From Octopus sinensis (taxonomy: Eukaryota), in contig NC_042998.1 in assembly GCF_006345805.1 (NCBI RefSeq), positions 93,806,001 to 93,870,000 on the forward strand: a stretch of DNA of 64,000 bases. The letters are read 5' to 3'. A program made the translations under genes and the position numbers. Shown in pieces: positions 26,129 through 39,900 of the stretch (position 1 is its first letter; the number at the start of each line of letters is the position of its first letter). The notes under the pieces are model-generated. The model did not search any database. It saw nothing but the letters and a program-made list of their open reading frames with translations, and was not told the DNA's origin.

Positions 26129-26329
26129 GAAAAAAGTCAAAACTGAAGAAGTTGGAGGAAGGGGGGAATTTCACAATGCCCATTTTTGGCAATTTACCGG
26201 AACCTCCATATCTGAAAACGGGGATTTTTGGCAAAAAAAATTACAAAAATAAGCAAATTTGGGAGAAAATGGGGGTGGGGGGCTGAAGTCTTTCCGTTCA
26301 ACTCTTCATTGACCTCTTTTTACCACTTT

Positions 26330-26507
26330 GGCACTACTTATATACAGAGGTCCCGATGCATCTACGTAACGATATGAAGAGGAGGATTAGTTTTAGGGTT
26401 AGGGTGTTAATTACACGTCCACACAGCGTACATTCAAAATGTTTTGTACGTAACACCTCTATTTAAGTAGTAGTACTGTTAACGGACCTCTGTATTTAAG
26501 TAGTACC
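26330..26507. mobile_element. MITE with 24-bp GG..CC TIRs and internal TTAGGG
   Basis: GGCACTACTTATATACAGAGGTCC / GGACCTCTGTATTTAAGTAGTACC. Confidence 0.65.
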
Positions 26508-27215
26508 ACAATTTGTTCAATCAATGCCTGCTCCATAATTTATCAACAAAACAAATGCCAAGATATTTTTAGCGAAATACAATCGATTGAAATAGTGTTT
26601 ATTATTAGAAGAACTTGGGCGCCATTTAAACATAGAACGTGTAAAAAGAAACTAAATATTGATTTCAAATTTTGGCACAAGGCCGGCAGTTTGGTGGGAG
26701 GAGATAAGTCGATTACATCGACTCCTGATGGTACTTACTTTATCGACTCCGAAAGGATGAAAGGTATAGTTGACCTCGGCGGAATTTGAACTCAGAACGT
26801 AAAAGCGGACGAAATGCCGCTAAGTATTTTGCCCGGTGTGGTAACGATTCTCTCTGCTAAAGGCACAAGGCCTGAAATTTGACGAGCGGGGTCTAGTCAA
26901 TACCTCGACCCCAGTGTTTCACTGGTACTTATTTCATCGACCCGGAAAGGATGAAAGGTAAAGTCGATCTCGGCGGAATTTGAACTCAGAACGTAGCGAC
27001 GGGCAAAATACCGCTAAGCATTTCGTCCAGGGTCTTAATGTTATTACTCAATGGCAGTAAACACTTTTTTATCTTTTTAGTCACTAGTTAAAGCATGTTA
27101 GCCATTGCCACTATATAAGTACGAAATAATTGCCAAAGACAGATAATGTAGCGGTTCTCAAACTGCCAAACAGGACTCATAAACAGGCGGTTCAGGTTCA
27201 AATAGGCAATGAGTC

Positions 27216-27584
27216 GGAAAGACTTCCTTTTGTACCTCCCCCCACCATAAAAATGTTTTTTTAAATATTACACATGTCTTATAATAAAGATGATGAGAAA
27301 GTCATAAAAATTAAGAATTTCTATCTAAAAAGCTTCATTTCTGTATTATGTATATTCATGTCCCAAGATTAAGCAAATTTCATAGAGTTATGCAGTTTAG
27401 GCTTTAATGTTGGGTAAATTGGGACATGAAAATACATAATATAGAAATGAAATTTTTTTTAATAGTAATTTTTAATTTTTATGACTTTCTCATCATTATT
27501 ATTGTAAGACATGCTTGGAAATCAATTTTCCACCATGTATAATATTTAAAAAAATTATGATGAAGTACAAAAGGAAGTCTTTCC
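27216..27584. mobile_element. Foldback MITE with about 150-bp inverted arms
   Basis: GGAAAGACTTCCTTTTGTAC / GTACAAAAGGAAGTCTTTCC; arms pair inward to CATGTCCCAA / TTGGGACATG; 8-bp TSD AATGAGTC / AAGGAGTC. Confidence 0.85.
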
Positions 27585-27794
27585 AAGGAGTCTATAACTA
27601 TCTGCGGAACTCATCCCTTGGTAAAAACTAAAATAAAATAAAAACTTACTATCCCTTTGTGAATTTTGAGTTTCCCCTTTCTGAAAGTTGACTTGTTTCG
27701 CCGTGTCAAATTTCTCTCAGAGATCCTGGTGACAAATACCCCTAGCAAAACTGTTCAGCAAATGAGTGAGAATCCCCACCTTTTTTAATGAGAG

Positions 27795-28106
27795 TGAAGA
27801 CGCGTGCCTTTGTAGTTAGGGAATTCGACTTACGATCATAAGTTAGTGAGTTCGATTCCCAGCGGCGCAGTGTGTCCTTGAGCAAGACTCTTTGTTTCAC
27901 GTTGCTCCACTCACTCAGCTGGCAAAATTGAGTAATATTTGTATTTCAAAGGGTCAGCCTCGTCACGCTGAATTTCCCTGAGAACTATGTTGAGGGTACG
28001 TGTATCAGTGGCATGCTCAGCCACTAGCCCGTTAATTTCACGAGAAGGCTGTTCTTGTTGATCGGATCAACTGGAACACTCGTCGTCGCAACCGACGGAG
28101 TGCCAG
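27795..28106 (+). mobile_element. SINE family C (tRNA-derived)
   Basis: A-box region ..TAGTTAGGG, B-box GAGTTCGATTCCC, CCTTGAGCAAG core; same family and tail as 41321-41626. Confidence 0.8.
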
Positions 28107-28431
28107 TTATTAATGAATAAACTTAAACTTTGCACCCATATAATTCTTCTTTCTTCGCTACAGCTTTGGAGAAGATTAAACCGTTTGAAACTATCTTAAC
28201 TTTATTATATAATATTAGACAATATATATCTGTCATTTTTTCATATTTCGCAGGACTCACTAGTGGAGGGTGGGTACCGAGAGAAACACTGAGTTAATGA
28301 AATAACTTCTTTAGTCAGCTGATGACATGCTACGTTTGTTGACTGTCGGCTGTCGAATACGAATGCATTGTGTCAAATGAAAACCTAATACTTATGAGAC
28401 AATAACAATGTAATAGAAACTAATGTACCGT

Positions 28432-28448
28432 GAGATAGATAGACAGAC

Positions 28449-28522
<74 letters not shown>

Positions 28523-28556
28523 ATAGATAGGTAGGTATGTAGGTAGGTAGGTAGGT

Positions 28557-28606
<50 letters not shown>

Positions 28607-28688
28607 AGAGAAAATGGGGAGGGACAGACAGACAAAGGTGAGTGTGTGAGAGAGAGAGAAAATTAGAGAAAACGGGGAGGGACAGATA

Positions 28689-28721
<33 letters not shown>

Positions 28722-28779
28722 AAAAGAGGGAGAGAGAGACCGAATTAGAGAAAACAGGGAGGGATAGATAAATGCGTGA

Positions 28780-28811
<32 letters not shown>

Positions 28812-28849
28812 AAGAGAATTAGGGAAAATAGGGAGGATAGACAGACAAA

Positions 28850-28900
<51 letters not shown>
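28432..28900. repeat. (GATA)n-(GA)n microsatellite followed by a four-unit compound minisatellite
   Basis: Unit (G)AATTAG(A/G)GAAAA..GGAGGGA..(TG)n(AG)n at about 28602, 28660, 28742 and 28816. Confidence 0.85.
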
Positions 28901-29162
28901 TATGTGTGAGGCATAGAAATTGATAGAGAGAAAGCGAGAATAGTGAGATAGTAAAAAGCGAAAGAAAAGAAAATAGAGACAAGAGTGAACGATGGAGAAA
29001 AGGGGACGGGATAGCAGAGGGAAGGAGTATGAAGGGTAGTAGAGAGAGAAGAAAACACTAGAGGAGAGCGGGAGAAGTGAGAGAGAGATAGAGAGAGAGG
29101 TGTGTGGTGATGCCATTAGTAAAACCTTTTATTGAAACAACTTTTTAACAGTCGATCTACTT

Positions 29163-29415
29163 GTTGCTAGCAACCGTAGAATATTGATTGCATTAACACA
29201 ATCATGGCGAATCTTTTGTATATTAGTAACCGAGATAGTTTACGTAACCAGGTGACACTTGTAGTTAAAGTCTATTAGGAAATATTGCAAAAATAGACTG
29301 TAATTTAGTATCTTTGATTATCGGTTGCTAGGTGCGATGTTACCTCGACTGTGACGAATATGAATACTTAAATAACATACGCGAAGTGACCGGGGTTAAA
29401 AAGGCTAGATTTCAG
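29163..29415 (+). promoter_or_regulatory. Cluster of RFX X-box-like motifs and candidate non-coding first exon ending at a strong donor
   Basis: Palindrome GTTGCTAGCAAC (29163-29174), GTAACCAGGTGAC (29244-29256), GTTGCTAGG (29324), GTTACC (29339), then CAG|GTATGT at 29415/29416, in non-repetitive sequence. Confidence 0.45.
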
Positions 29416-29672
29416 GTATGTATCTCTTTGCTCAGTTGCTATTATGTAGGAGAGTCAGCTTCTGTGTAGGCGTGAGTGCGAGTATTTTTTTTTTTTTTCC
29501 TTGTAATAATCATGTGTAGTTTGTTGTGGTTATCTAACTCCAGTTCAACTTATGAGAAAACCTATGACAAAATGTAGTCTACCCGTGCCCATCCAGTCTT
29601 ATATATTTACTGATATATTCACATAAAGTATCTTGCAGACACCTGTTGTTTGTATTTGTAATTGCGTACCAT

Positions 29673-29895
29673 TTCTTTTATTCTTTTATTCTTTTACTTG
29701 TTTCAGTCATTTGACTGTGGCCATGCTGGAGCACCGCCTTTAGTCGAATCAAATCGACCCTAGGACTTATTCTTTGTAAGCCTAGTACTTATTCTATCGG
29801 TCCCTTTTGCCGAACCGCTAAGTTACGGGGACGTAAACATGCTAGCATCAGTTGTCAAGCGATGTTGGGGGGACAAACACAGATACACAACATAT

Positions 29896-29976
<81 letters not shown>

Positions 29977-30110
29977 CATATATCCACTCACAAGCCTTTG
30001 GTCGGCCAGAGGCTATAATAGAAGAAACTTACCAAGGTGCCACGCAGTGGGATTGAACCCGGAACCATGCGGTTGGTAAGCAAGCTACTTACCACACAGC
30101 CACTCCGGCC
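29673..30110 (-). mobile_element. SINE family A
   Basis: Reverse-complement copy with an expanded internal (TA)n. Confidence 0.85.
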
Positions 30111-30633
30111 GGGTTTTTTTTTTTTTTCGTTCTTGTTTTCGTATACATTCGCTTGATTTCTTCCAAAGAATCTAGTGCTCTTAGCTTAGATTTTCTTGGG
30201 GCTGGCCAGATGAGAGCAGTCTCGAGAGGAACCGGCCAAAACTGCTAAGACTATCTGGTACTCCACTGAAGCCCTACAGGAACACCGCTTTTAGTCGAAC
30301 AAATCAACTCCAGGACTTATTCTTTGTAAGCCTAATACTTATTCTATCGATCTTTTGCCGTTAAGTTACGGGGACGTAAACATGCCAGCATCGGTTGTCT
30401 AGCGATAGTGGGGTGTACAGACACAGACACACAAACACATACACATATACATATATAAACATACGACGGGCTTCTATTAGTTTCTGTCTACCAAACTACT
30501 CACAAGGGTTTGGTCGGCCCGAGGCTATAGTAGAAGACACTTGCCCAATGTGCCATGCTGTGGGACTGAACCCAGAACCATGTGATTTTGAAGTATATAT
30601 ATATATAATGTATCTATTAATTCTTAATAATGT

Positions 30634-30691
<58 letters not shown>

Positions 30692-30717
30692 GTATCTATT
30701 AATTCTTAATAATGTTC

Positions 30718-30754
<37 letters not shown>

Positions 30755-30966
30755 TTTTACTTGTTTCGGTCATTTGACTGCAGCCCATGCTGGAGCACCA
30801 CATTAAATAGTTTTAGTCGAAGAAAACGACCCCAGGACTTATTCTTCGTAAGCCTAGAACTTATTCTATCGGTTTTCTTTTGCCAACCGCTAAGATACGG
30901 TGACATAAACACACCAGTATCGGCCGTCAAGCGATAGCAGGTGTGGGGGGAGGACAAACAGACACA

Positions 30967-31023
<57 letters not shown>

Positions 31024-31050
31024 ATATATATATACTATATATATATATAT

Positions 31051-31082
<32 letters not shown>

Positions 31083-31099
31083 ATTTATTATATAGAAGG

Positions 31100-31150
31100 A
31101 GCTTCTACAGGACTAGAACTGTTTCATTCAAGAGAAATCATCAGGAAGCT
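31100..31150 (-). ncRNA. Type I hammerhead ribozyme
   Basis: Minus strand AGCTTC-CTGATGA-TTTC(TCTT)GAAT-GAA-ACAG(TTCTAGTC)CTGT-A/GAAGCT: 6-bp stem I, 4-bp stem III, GUA triplet, one mismatch at the base of stem II. Confidence 0.75.
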
Positions 31151-31490
31151 AGTTAACAAGAATTGTATTGGCATTTATACATTTAGGCAGGTTTAAAGGG
31201 GTGGTGGTGGGGGACTTTTTGGGGGTAGGCATAGCGCAAAAATATCATACTTGGGGGAGTGGTCAAGGAGTCAGTGGTAAAATAGATAAAAGAATAAATA
31301 AAAGAATAAATAAAATAAAAGAATAAAAAAATATATAGAAAAATATATAGAAGAATAGAGTTTTAGGTAAATAAGGAGATTCTCACTTATACATATACAC
31401 ATATGTATATATATACACACACACGCACACATATACATACACACATACATACACACACACACATATATATATACATATATGTATATACAC

Positions 31491-31521
<31 letters not shown>

Positions 31522-31684
31522 TACATATGCACACATATATACACACACACATGTATATATACACACACGCCCACACATACATATACACACAAAAAAATAT
31601 ATACATACACACACATACACATACACACATACACACACATATCTACATACACACATGCACACACAAGTCCATATATACACATAC

Positions 31685-31727
<43 letters not shown>

Positions 31728-32131
31728 CATATGTGTACCTATACATACCTACACATACACACATATACATGCAAATACAAGCCCATTCCCTAATTTTAAT
31801 TTTATTATTATCTTCATTTATTACTTTTGTTATCTTTGACCGCGGGTCACAAGCATCTTGGCTACGACAGCAAGTCCGTTTATCTTTCTACTCGAACACA
31901 AGCACTCACTCACGCACGCACACTCATTAGCACGCACACTCACTCATTCGTACACTCATACACATACATGCACGCACGCGTTATATTCATACATACATAC
32001 ATCTACATACATTCACATATATACACATACGTACGCGTACCTTCAGATTCATGTCTACACGCTTAGAAGACTAGTCCATACATATACACCAATAAATATA
32101 TATACACACATACATATACACCTACATACAA

Positions 32132-32173
<42 letters not shown>

Positions 32174-32285
32174 TATATGCGTATACATACATACATATAC
32201 ATACACCCATACATACATACATATATATATACACATACACACACCCACACGTATACATATACATACATATACGCGCATACATACG

Positions 32286-32361
<76 letters not shown>

Positions 32362-32398
32362 TTATTTATTTATTTATATATATACACACACACATACA

Positions 32399-32789
32399 TC
32401 TATATATATAAAGCTGAAGTTGTCTGTGTGTGGCAGGTTTGGTAGCCTTCAACTAACACTATCTCCTCCGAGACCCTGCGGCGCAAGTTGACCAAAATTG
32501 AGAGTATGATAGAAGAAGGCTTGCTCTTCATTCCGTAGAAGATAAAATTCAAATCGGACCATGTTTTAAGACCAAAAATTATTTACATCAAAAAGGTGCT
32601 TTTTTCTATGAAAATCCCTATTTTTTACGATTTTTTGACTGCTGTGTAGCCATTTTTCAGTGTATTTCAACCAGAAAAATGTTCACTTAAAGAGAATAAC
32701 AAGCTACATAATGCAAAATTTTTACTTTTCAAAAATTCCAATTCTAAAGGGTCGAAACGAACCCGAGCAACGCCGGGCGATACTGCTAG
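32399..32789 (+). mobile_element. Non-autonomous Helitron-like element
   Basis: A|TCTATATATATAAAG 5' end; hairpin CCCG(A)GC-AAC-GCCGGG; CTAG|T 3' end. Confidence 0.78.
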
Positions 32790-32823
<34 letters not shown>

Positions 32824-32994
32824 TATAATATATATATATATATATATATTTACGACAAGCTTCTTTCAGCCTCTGTCTACTAAATCCGCTTACAAGACTT
32901 TGCTCAGCCCGAAGACACTTGCCTAAGTGGGGCTGAACCTGGAATCACGTGGTTCGAAGCATGCCTCTTACCACACAGCCACACCTGTGCCTAC

Positions 32995-33046
<52 letters not shown>

Positions 33047-33884
33047 TGTGTGTGTATGAGTATAAAATATATAGTTCGACATATAGGCATATCTACGTAA
33101 GTGTATTTGGCTGCTATTTGTTACAGGTCGAGATACCGGATAGAGCCTTCCTTGTTGTGGAAGAGGTGAAAGTTTTTTGGCGATTAAATAATACCATACT
33201 GAATAGCTTTTTATAAGTTGGAATGACATGCGACATAGAGATGGTGGTATTAACTCAGAGACTTGGGTCTCCAGAGTCCGATTCTTTATTGTTCCTCATT
33301 ATTTGAACGCACAAACCGCTAACACGCTGAACGTCTGAATTACCGTTTCTTGTTTCTTCTAAGACCAACAGAATTATTCACTATTAATGGTTAAGAAATC
33401 TTAGAAGTAGATGACATTATTTTAAGTTTCTGATGCATTATACTTCTGATACATAGTTTCTGATACATAATACTTAGTTCAAAGTAGCGGCGAATACTGG
33501 AGAACAAGAGTTGCTATATTTGATGGCATATACGACACATTTTCCCCCAAAAAAAATCACTCCGGGTCCTATATGCGAAGTTGAGCCTCCCTTAATTTAA
33601 TTTTGCCCCTAATGCTCACTGGTACGAGTAGGTCTCCTCTACTTAAGCTAACTCCGTAATAATCCTTTCTAAAATAGGCATAAGGCCTAAAATTTTAGGT
33701 AAGGCAGTAGGATTTGACCAGTACTTTATTTTATCGACCCCAAAATGATGAAAGGCAAAGTCGACTTCGCAGGGATTTGAACCCAGAACGTAAAACCGGA
33801 AGCAATACCGCTAAACATTTTGCCCGGCGTGATAACAACTCTACTAGCTTGGTTTCTTTATGACTATAATAATAATATTTATTT

Positions 33885-34096
33885 TTTAGCATTCAGATTA
33901 CTTTGTCAAATGTATTTATTATATATTCACATTTTATAAACCCTGTATTATCTCATAGCTTTGAGATTTCGAAGATGTGATTGTTTATTTTTAGAATGAT
34001 ATTGAAGGGTAGGTGTGAGAGGCTGGATCTGGCCAGTTTGAACATAAAGCAGGCAGAATATTTGGGCCGGATATGGCCGGTTTAAATGCTAAAGGG
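33885..34096. mobile_element. piggyBac-like MITE, second copy (inverted, left end eroded)
   Basis: Reverse complement of 704-923; ends AATGCTAAAGGG. Confidence 0.7.
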
Positions 34097-34769
34097 TTTA
34101 CATGCAGCTATATTTTTGGCTATAGCTAAGGCTCTCTTAACGTTTTGTAATGCTAGTTTACTTAAAATGTTACATACTTTAATGCACTAAAATCTGTTTT
34201 CTCTGAATATGTGCAGCTGAAAATGAGGTGCTTCTACCCATTTGCCCAAAAATACGGTAAACTCCCAGAGAGACAGTTTTGATTTTGGATAGCAGTTTCG
34301 CCATTGACAAAGTATGACTATCACTAAACCGTCTTTCTTTAAAAACTACAAAACTTGGGTGGGGTTACAAGAAACTATATTGTTACGCAATTTTTTGCTA
34401 CAAAGAAAAGTACTTAACTAATTTTCCCGGGGGGATGAAAGAGAAGGAAGAACCCACCTCTTAGCTTAAAAGAACATAACTAACGTATTTAACTGCTACA
34501 AGGTATTTTGTCCTGAGCTCTAACTTTACTGTCATCCATCACCTTTCAGAAAGGGTGTTATATTTAACCAAGAGCATAAAATACTCTATTACTTGTTTTG
34601 TTGCTTTTTTCGCTCATTTTTATTTCCCTTATTTTGCAAACACTTCTAGTAAACAATATTTCACAGTGGCGAGGCTCTTTCGTTTAAATCAAGACAGCGC
34701 CTGGGGTTTGTGGTTATCTAGAATGATTGATATCTGGATATTAAAATTGTGTACGCGCAAAACTATGTT

Positions 34770-35152
34770 GGCGCAGGAGTGGCTGTGTGGTAAGTAGCTT
34801 GCTAACCAACCACATGGTTCCGGGTTCAGTCCCACTACGTGGCATCTTGGGCAAGTGTCTTCTGCTATAGCCCCGGGCCGACCAACGCCTTGTGAGTGGA
34901 TTTGGTAGACGGAAACTGAAAGAAGCCTGTCGTATATATGTATATATATGTGTGAGTTTGTGTGTCTGTGTTTGTCCCCCTAGCATTGCTTGACAACCGA
35001 TGCTGGTGTGTTTACGTCCCCGTCACTTAGCGGTTCGGCAAAAGAGACCGATAGAATAAATACTGGGCTTACAAAGAATAAGTCCCGGGGTCGATTTGCT
35101 CGACTAAAGGCGGTGCTCCAGCATGGCTGCAGTCAAATGACAAGTAAAAGAG
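34770..35152 (+). mobile_element. SINE family A
   Basis: Full-length, well-preserved copy. Confidence 0.87.
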
Positions 35153-35159
35153 TATGTAT

Positions 35160-35680
35160 GTATTTTTGATTTTGTTCGGCTTTGTGAATTTAAGTTTTTT
35201 TAAGCTTTCGTCAATTGTTTGATACAAAAAAAAAGAAAAAAAAGAAAAGAGATTGGAAAAATCCTGACCAAAACAGAGAAATTCTAACTTAACAAAAAAT
35301 ATAGAAAGAGAAAGTTGCGTTTATCTCCACCACGCGACACTTATTATTGCACACACACACACACACATACTATCATGTGTGTGTGTGTCTTTTAGTCTTT
35401 GTTTACTTATACACATCAACAAATGAGCCAATTGAACAACTCTGTGTGGTTGTTCAATTTGCAAGAAATAATAGCCAAATCTCTTTCATACTATGCTCTT
35501 GTTAGTATTAAAAAAGAGGAAAAAAATAGAATTAATATTTTTGATTTTGTTCGGCTCTATGAATTTTTTTTTAATGCTTTCGTCCATTACTTGATACAAG
35601 GAAAAAGATATTTGAAAAATCCTGACCAAAATAGAGAAATTGTAACTTAACAAAAAATACAGAAAGAGAAAGAAAAGGTT
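35160..35680. repeat. Diverged direct repeat of about 150 bp (35160-35315 and 35536-35675)
   Basis: TATTTTTGATTTTGTTCGGCT..GAAAAATCCTGACCAAAA..AGAAAGAGAAAG occurs twice. Confidence 0.75.
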
Positions 35681-35822
35681 ATATTCGAAAGCCAAAAGAT
35701 GTTTTTTAGCTGAGGTGTAATTTTATAATTAAAACAAATTCAAAATTTAAATTTAGGAACATAAGACTTAACATGTTATCTGGGGTATAGCCGAATTCAA
35801 ATGGATAGAAGTCTTAAAACAA

Positions 35823-35854
<32 letters not shown>

Positions 35855-36247
35855 ATGTGTATGTGTGTGTGTGTGTGTGTGTGTGGTTGGACCTTTAATA
35901 GCCAGGGGTCAATTTCAGTTCAATTGTAGAAAATTTCAGTTCAATTGTAGAAAGCCACTCCCTCTCACTCTCTCTCTTTCTCTCTTACTTCCTCTTTCCC
36001 TTGCTCGACACGCGTCAAATTTAAGTATCTTAATTTTCTCATTAAGATCGTTGCTGATTCTATGGCCCAGAAGGCATGTGTAATACAACGCATAGGTGGT
36101 GGTTCTAAATCTCTTCCAAAAATTACAAGAGATCTGGTTAAGAATTTTTTTATTTAAGCGGCAAAATTCCTTTCAACAATTTCTTTCTCTTGAGCATGGC
36201 ACACGCGCCAGGTACATACAAAAAACAAATTGGCGTATAAATATTAT

Positions 36248-36337
<90 letters not shown>

Positions 36338-36355
36338 TAATAATAGTAATACTAA
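36248..36355. repeat. (GAT)n(AAT)n trinucleotide microsatellite
   Basis: Directly visible. Confidence 0.95.
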
Positions 36356-36396
36356 TAAAGCTATTTGCTAAGACTGAGAAAGAAATTGAGAGTTTG

Positions 36397-36974
36397 ACGG
36401 CAACTGCTGTGCAGATGGTGGAGTGATTCTCAAAAAGGGGAGAGTCAGTAAAAGCCATTTGATCAAGCTGGAAAGTGACGAAGCTATAAAGGAAGTTGGA
36501 GAGGAAGGAGATAATTACCTGGGTATAATTGAAAGAGATAAGATGTATGAACACCTGATGAAAGAAATGTACAGGAAAGAATATTGGAGGAGAACTCGGC
36601 TTGTGCTCCAATCGAAGCTAAATGGCCGCTATAAGATTAGAGCAATTAACACGTGGGCGGTTGCTTTGATGTGATACGGAGCAGAAATAGAATCTTGGAA
36701 GAAGAATGAATTACAAGAGATAGACCGGAGAACACGTAAATTAATGACAATACAACAAGGAAATACTGCCCAAGAATGATGTGTCAAGATTGTATGTAAA
36801 GAGGAAAGAACGAGGACGGGGATTGGTGTGTTGTGGAGGTTGTATAAGGGAAGAAGAGAATAGCCTGGCTTAGTGTATCAAGGGAAGTAAAGAAGAAATG
36901 ATTGAAGCTGTGAAAATGCAGGGAACCTTAAAAGTGAACGAAGCCGTAGATCCAACACGATTTAAGAAAGACCA
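36397..36974 (+). mobile_element. R4/Dong-like non-LTR retrotransposon RT/thumb fragment
   Basis: YLGIIE..EYWRRTRLVLQSKLNGRYKIRAINTWAV..ELQEIDRRTRKLMT..RLYVKRKERGRGL; lies just after a (GAT)n(AAT)n tract. Confidence 0.75.
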
Positions 36975-39900
36975 ACAACTTTTTGCTAATACCATCAATC
37001 TGATAAAGACTGCCTACCTTTCCTGGTCAAAGGAAGGTTGCTGGACGATCTTCGCAATAGGCTCAACTGATAGCCTGCTCCATCTTATAGGCAACAGCGA
37101 GTGTTCGACATAACTCCACGTGTCAGCAATACTCAGGCATTGGACAAGTGCGTGCAGAACAGTTTCGTCGTTCTGTGAGCATCTTAGGTAGGCCCAGTCG
37201 ACGGTGCTTCCACGCTTGTAGAGTTTATCTTGGACAAGAAATTCCCCTCGCCCCCGATAGCTCTGCCAGGTCAGTGATTTCTGAAAATTATCCATGAGCC
37301 CCGGCCCGAAAGTCCACTGAAACAGATCAGCTAGCTATTTCTTGTCGATGCCCAGAGTTTGCTCGAGGACGACGTCGTTCTTGCCCGCCACTAACCGTCT
37401 TTAGAATGCTAAAGTGGAACTTCTGCCGATCGCACTGCCCGACTGGCAGAAAACTGTTAGCGCCTGATGAAACTTAAGATGTTAGGTGTCCTGCCTCGGT
37501 CTGTACTTCATCTCGGACTGCAACTTAGTCAGAGAGGAGCTGTGGAAAATGTGTCTAACATGGCAACCACACTTGTTCACCGTCTAGGAAACGCCAGAGA
37601 TCACGTAACTTCAGTGTCATTAGCCGTGACATGCTCGGTTTCTGGATGAAACAGGCTACATGCTCGTTACCGCATGCCAGTTTTACTCCACTTAGAGATC
37701 TGGACCAAACAAGACCCCGAGCAATTTAACCGAATCGTCTGTCCATCGCCCTGCAATTCAATTGGCTTGCATGGACCTGCTTCCACAGATGCCGAGCTGC
37801 AGACCCACTAACTTTTTTACATTAATTTTTACTCTTGTCACTACCTCGTATTCCCTTAGAGCAATGATGTTAAACTCTATTAACCTTAGTTTTTGACACG
37901 TTGACGGTGATATGACATCATCCGCATATGCTGACACAGTTCTACATCCTAATTTGTGCTGAATGCCTTCTCTACCAACGTCTCTAGTTTTCGCAGTAGT
38001 GGCTCAAGATTCAGCACATACAACGAAGATGAGAAGGACAACTTTGACGGACCAATGCATAATACCGAATGATTCCGATAGGTGGTCATTCACCCTAACC
38101 CCTGAGCAGATGTTGCTGAAAACGGGACCGAAACCATGCGCCATGTGCATGGTTTCCAGATATTTTAGTCGACCATATAAACAACTTTTGATCGATCTAA
38201 ATTGTTCAGGGCTTCTCCTATTCCAGGTTCTTTACCCACCTTTTCTATGATGTATCGCATAAGGTGGAAGTTGTCGTGAATAGATCTGTTCAGGGTAGTG
38301 CATGTTTGCTCATCACCAATTAGACTATCGACGACAAGCACCAACTTATCTACAAACGCCTAGGCCCAAATTTGGGGATCTGCGTTCAACAGGATTATAG
38401 GCCAAAAATTATCAATGTGATCATTTTTGTTTGGGTCCTTACTCAATAGCGCCACTTCTATTTTGCTGTCGGTTGCGGCAGACGCCTGCTAAAAGATACT
38501 TAAACAAATCCGGCACATAAAAGTAAACTTTGTAAGCAGACCGTTCAAACAAGGTGACTCGTTCTCTTGCAATCAACCATCGCTTTCCGTATTTCCGCAG
38601 ATGTTATCAGCTTTTCGCAATATTCTGATTCTCTTTCAGGGAGTCGACGTATGCAGTGAAATCCACACCTCCGATCCGACTTGCCATCCGTCTCTCAAAC
38701 TGTTGACCGAAGTGCTTCTGAAAAGCTGTACACATCTGCTTAGGGTGGAGTATCGCGCTTTTTAAGGTCCGCCAAAGACTGAACGATGGCTTCGTTGTCA
38801 CAATGCGCTCTACCACTCAGGATCATCGAATAACTTCCGTTCCTTTGTGTCTTAGAACACATACCTTAGTTCTGACATGTTGAAAAATTGATCGAGAGCC
38901 AATCTCATCGCGAGCATGTTGGTTGCAATGTCTCTTTAAAGTGTTTCTTCTAAGTTCCCCACCATTTTATATTACCCTCTCGATACGACCTGACGTAACT
39001 TAATCGATTCTCCTCTCACCGTCCTTCTCAAGGCAAACCAGCATTTTTGTTGACGGCTGCCTCCGTCAACATCTGCTTAACTAATTCGTTAATTGGGTCT
39101 CTGTAATCTTGGCGCGCTGCGATCGAAGCGTTCAGCTTCCTGTAACAGAGTCCTTGACAACGAAACCTATGTAAGTCGACATTCAGTCGTTAATTGTCAG
39201 ACATTTGGAATTGTCTGAGCAGGTTTCTGAGGCTTTGCATTCCGTCTTCTTTCGGTTAGTCGCACACAGTTCAAGTGTGCATCAAAGATACCGATTTAGT
39301 TTCCCACTAGCATTAAAAGTCGCACACAGTTCAAGTGTGCATCAAAGATACCGATTTAGTTTCCCACTTGCATTAAAACTTCCAAATCGCCTAAAGAAAT
39401 CCAGGTGTCCTACACCTATTGGAGTATCAATAGCTACGAATCTAAAAGCACCCCTTTCACTACTGTTCACACTACCAGACCACCAGCCTTCCTTCTGAGT
39501 CCAAGAAGATGGTCTGTGTCAAGAGACATAGTCTGAAACAACACAGCGGCTCTATCTCCCAATCCCGGTCAACTCAGAGACAAAAATCTTATATGCTCCG
39601 AAAATTGGCATGCAGCCTTGTGAATCGGAAGTTCGGAGTCTCACTGATAGCCACCACGTCTATATCTAGTCACCTGAGGTGGCCCTGTTTACAACGTGAC
39701 GCCATCCCACAGGTATTCACACTTCTATTCTTAGTACGATTATGTTCGACTAGAGAGCAGAAAGTGAGAAAAAGTCACATTCTTATGAAAGGACAGGTGT
39801 TTCCTCCCTCCAACTGGCGTTTCCATAAGCAGACCTTTATAATAATCTTTTGTTTGTATATTCCCCTGAAACCGCCTACTCCTTTATGGTGTTCATCTTT

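Larger units (their letters stand above)
30595..33060. repeat. Compound microsatellite field with embedded SINE, Helitron and hammerhead cassettes
   Basis: Directly visible (TA)n/(CA)n/(TACA)n tracts. Confidence 0.95.

Noticed and set aside
28600-28900. Repeat-spacer pattern resembling a CRISPR array
   Set aside because: The spacers are (TG)n(AG)n microsatellites, the context is eukaryotic and there are no cas genes.
36096-36611. Poly-Asp/Asn and poly-Ile ORFs
   Set aside because: They are translations of the (GAT)n(AAT)n tract.
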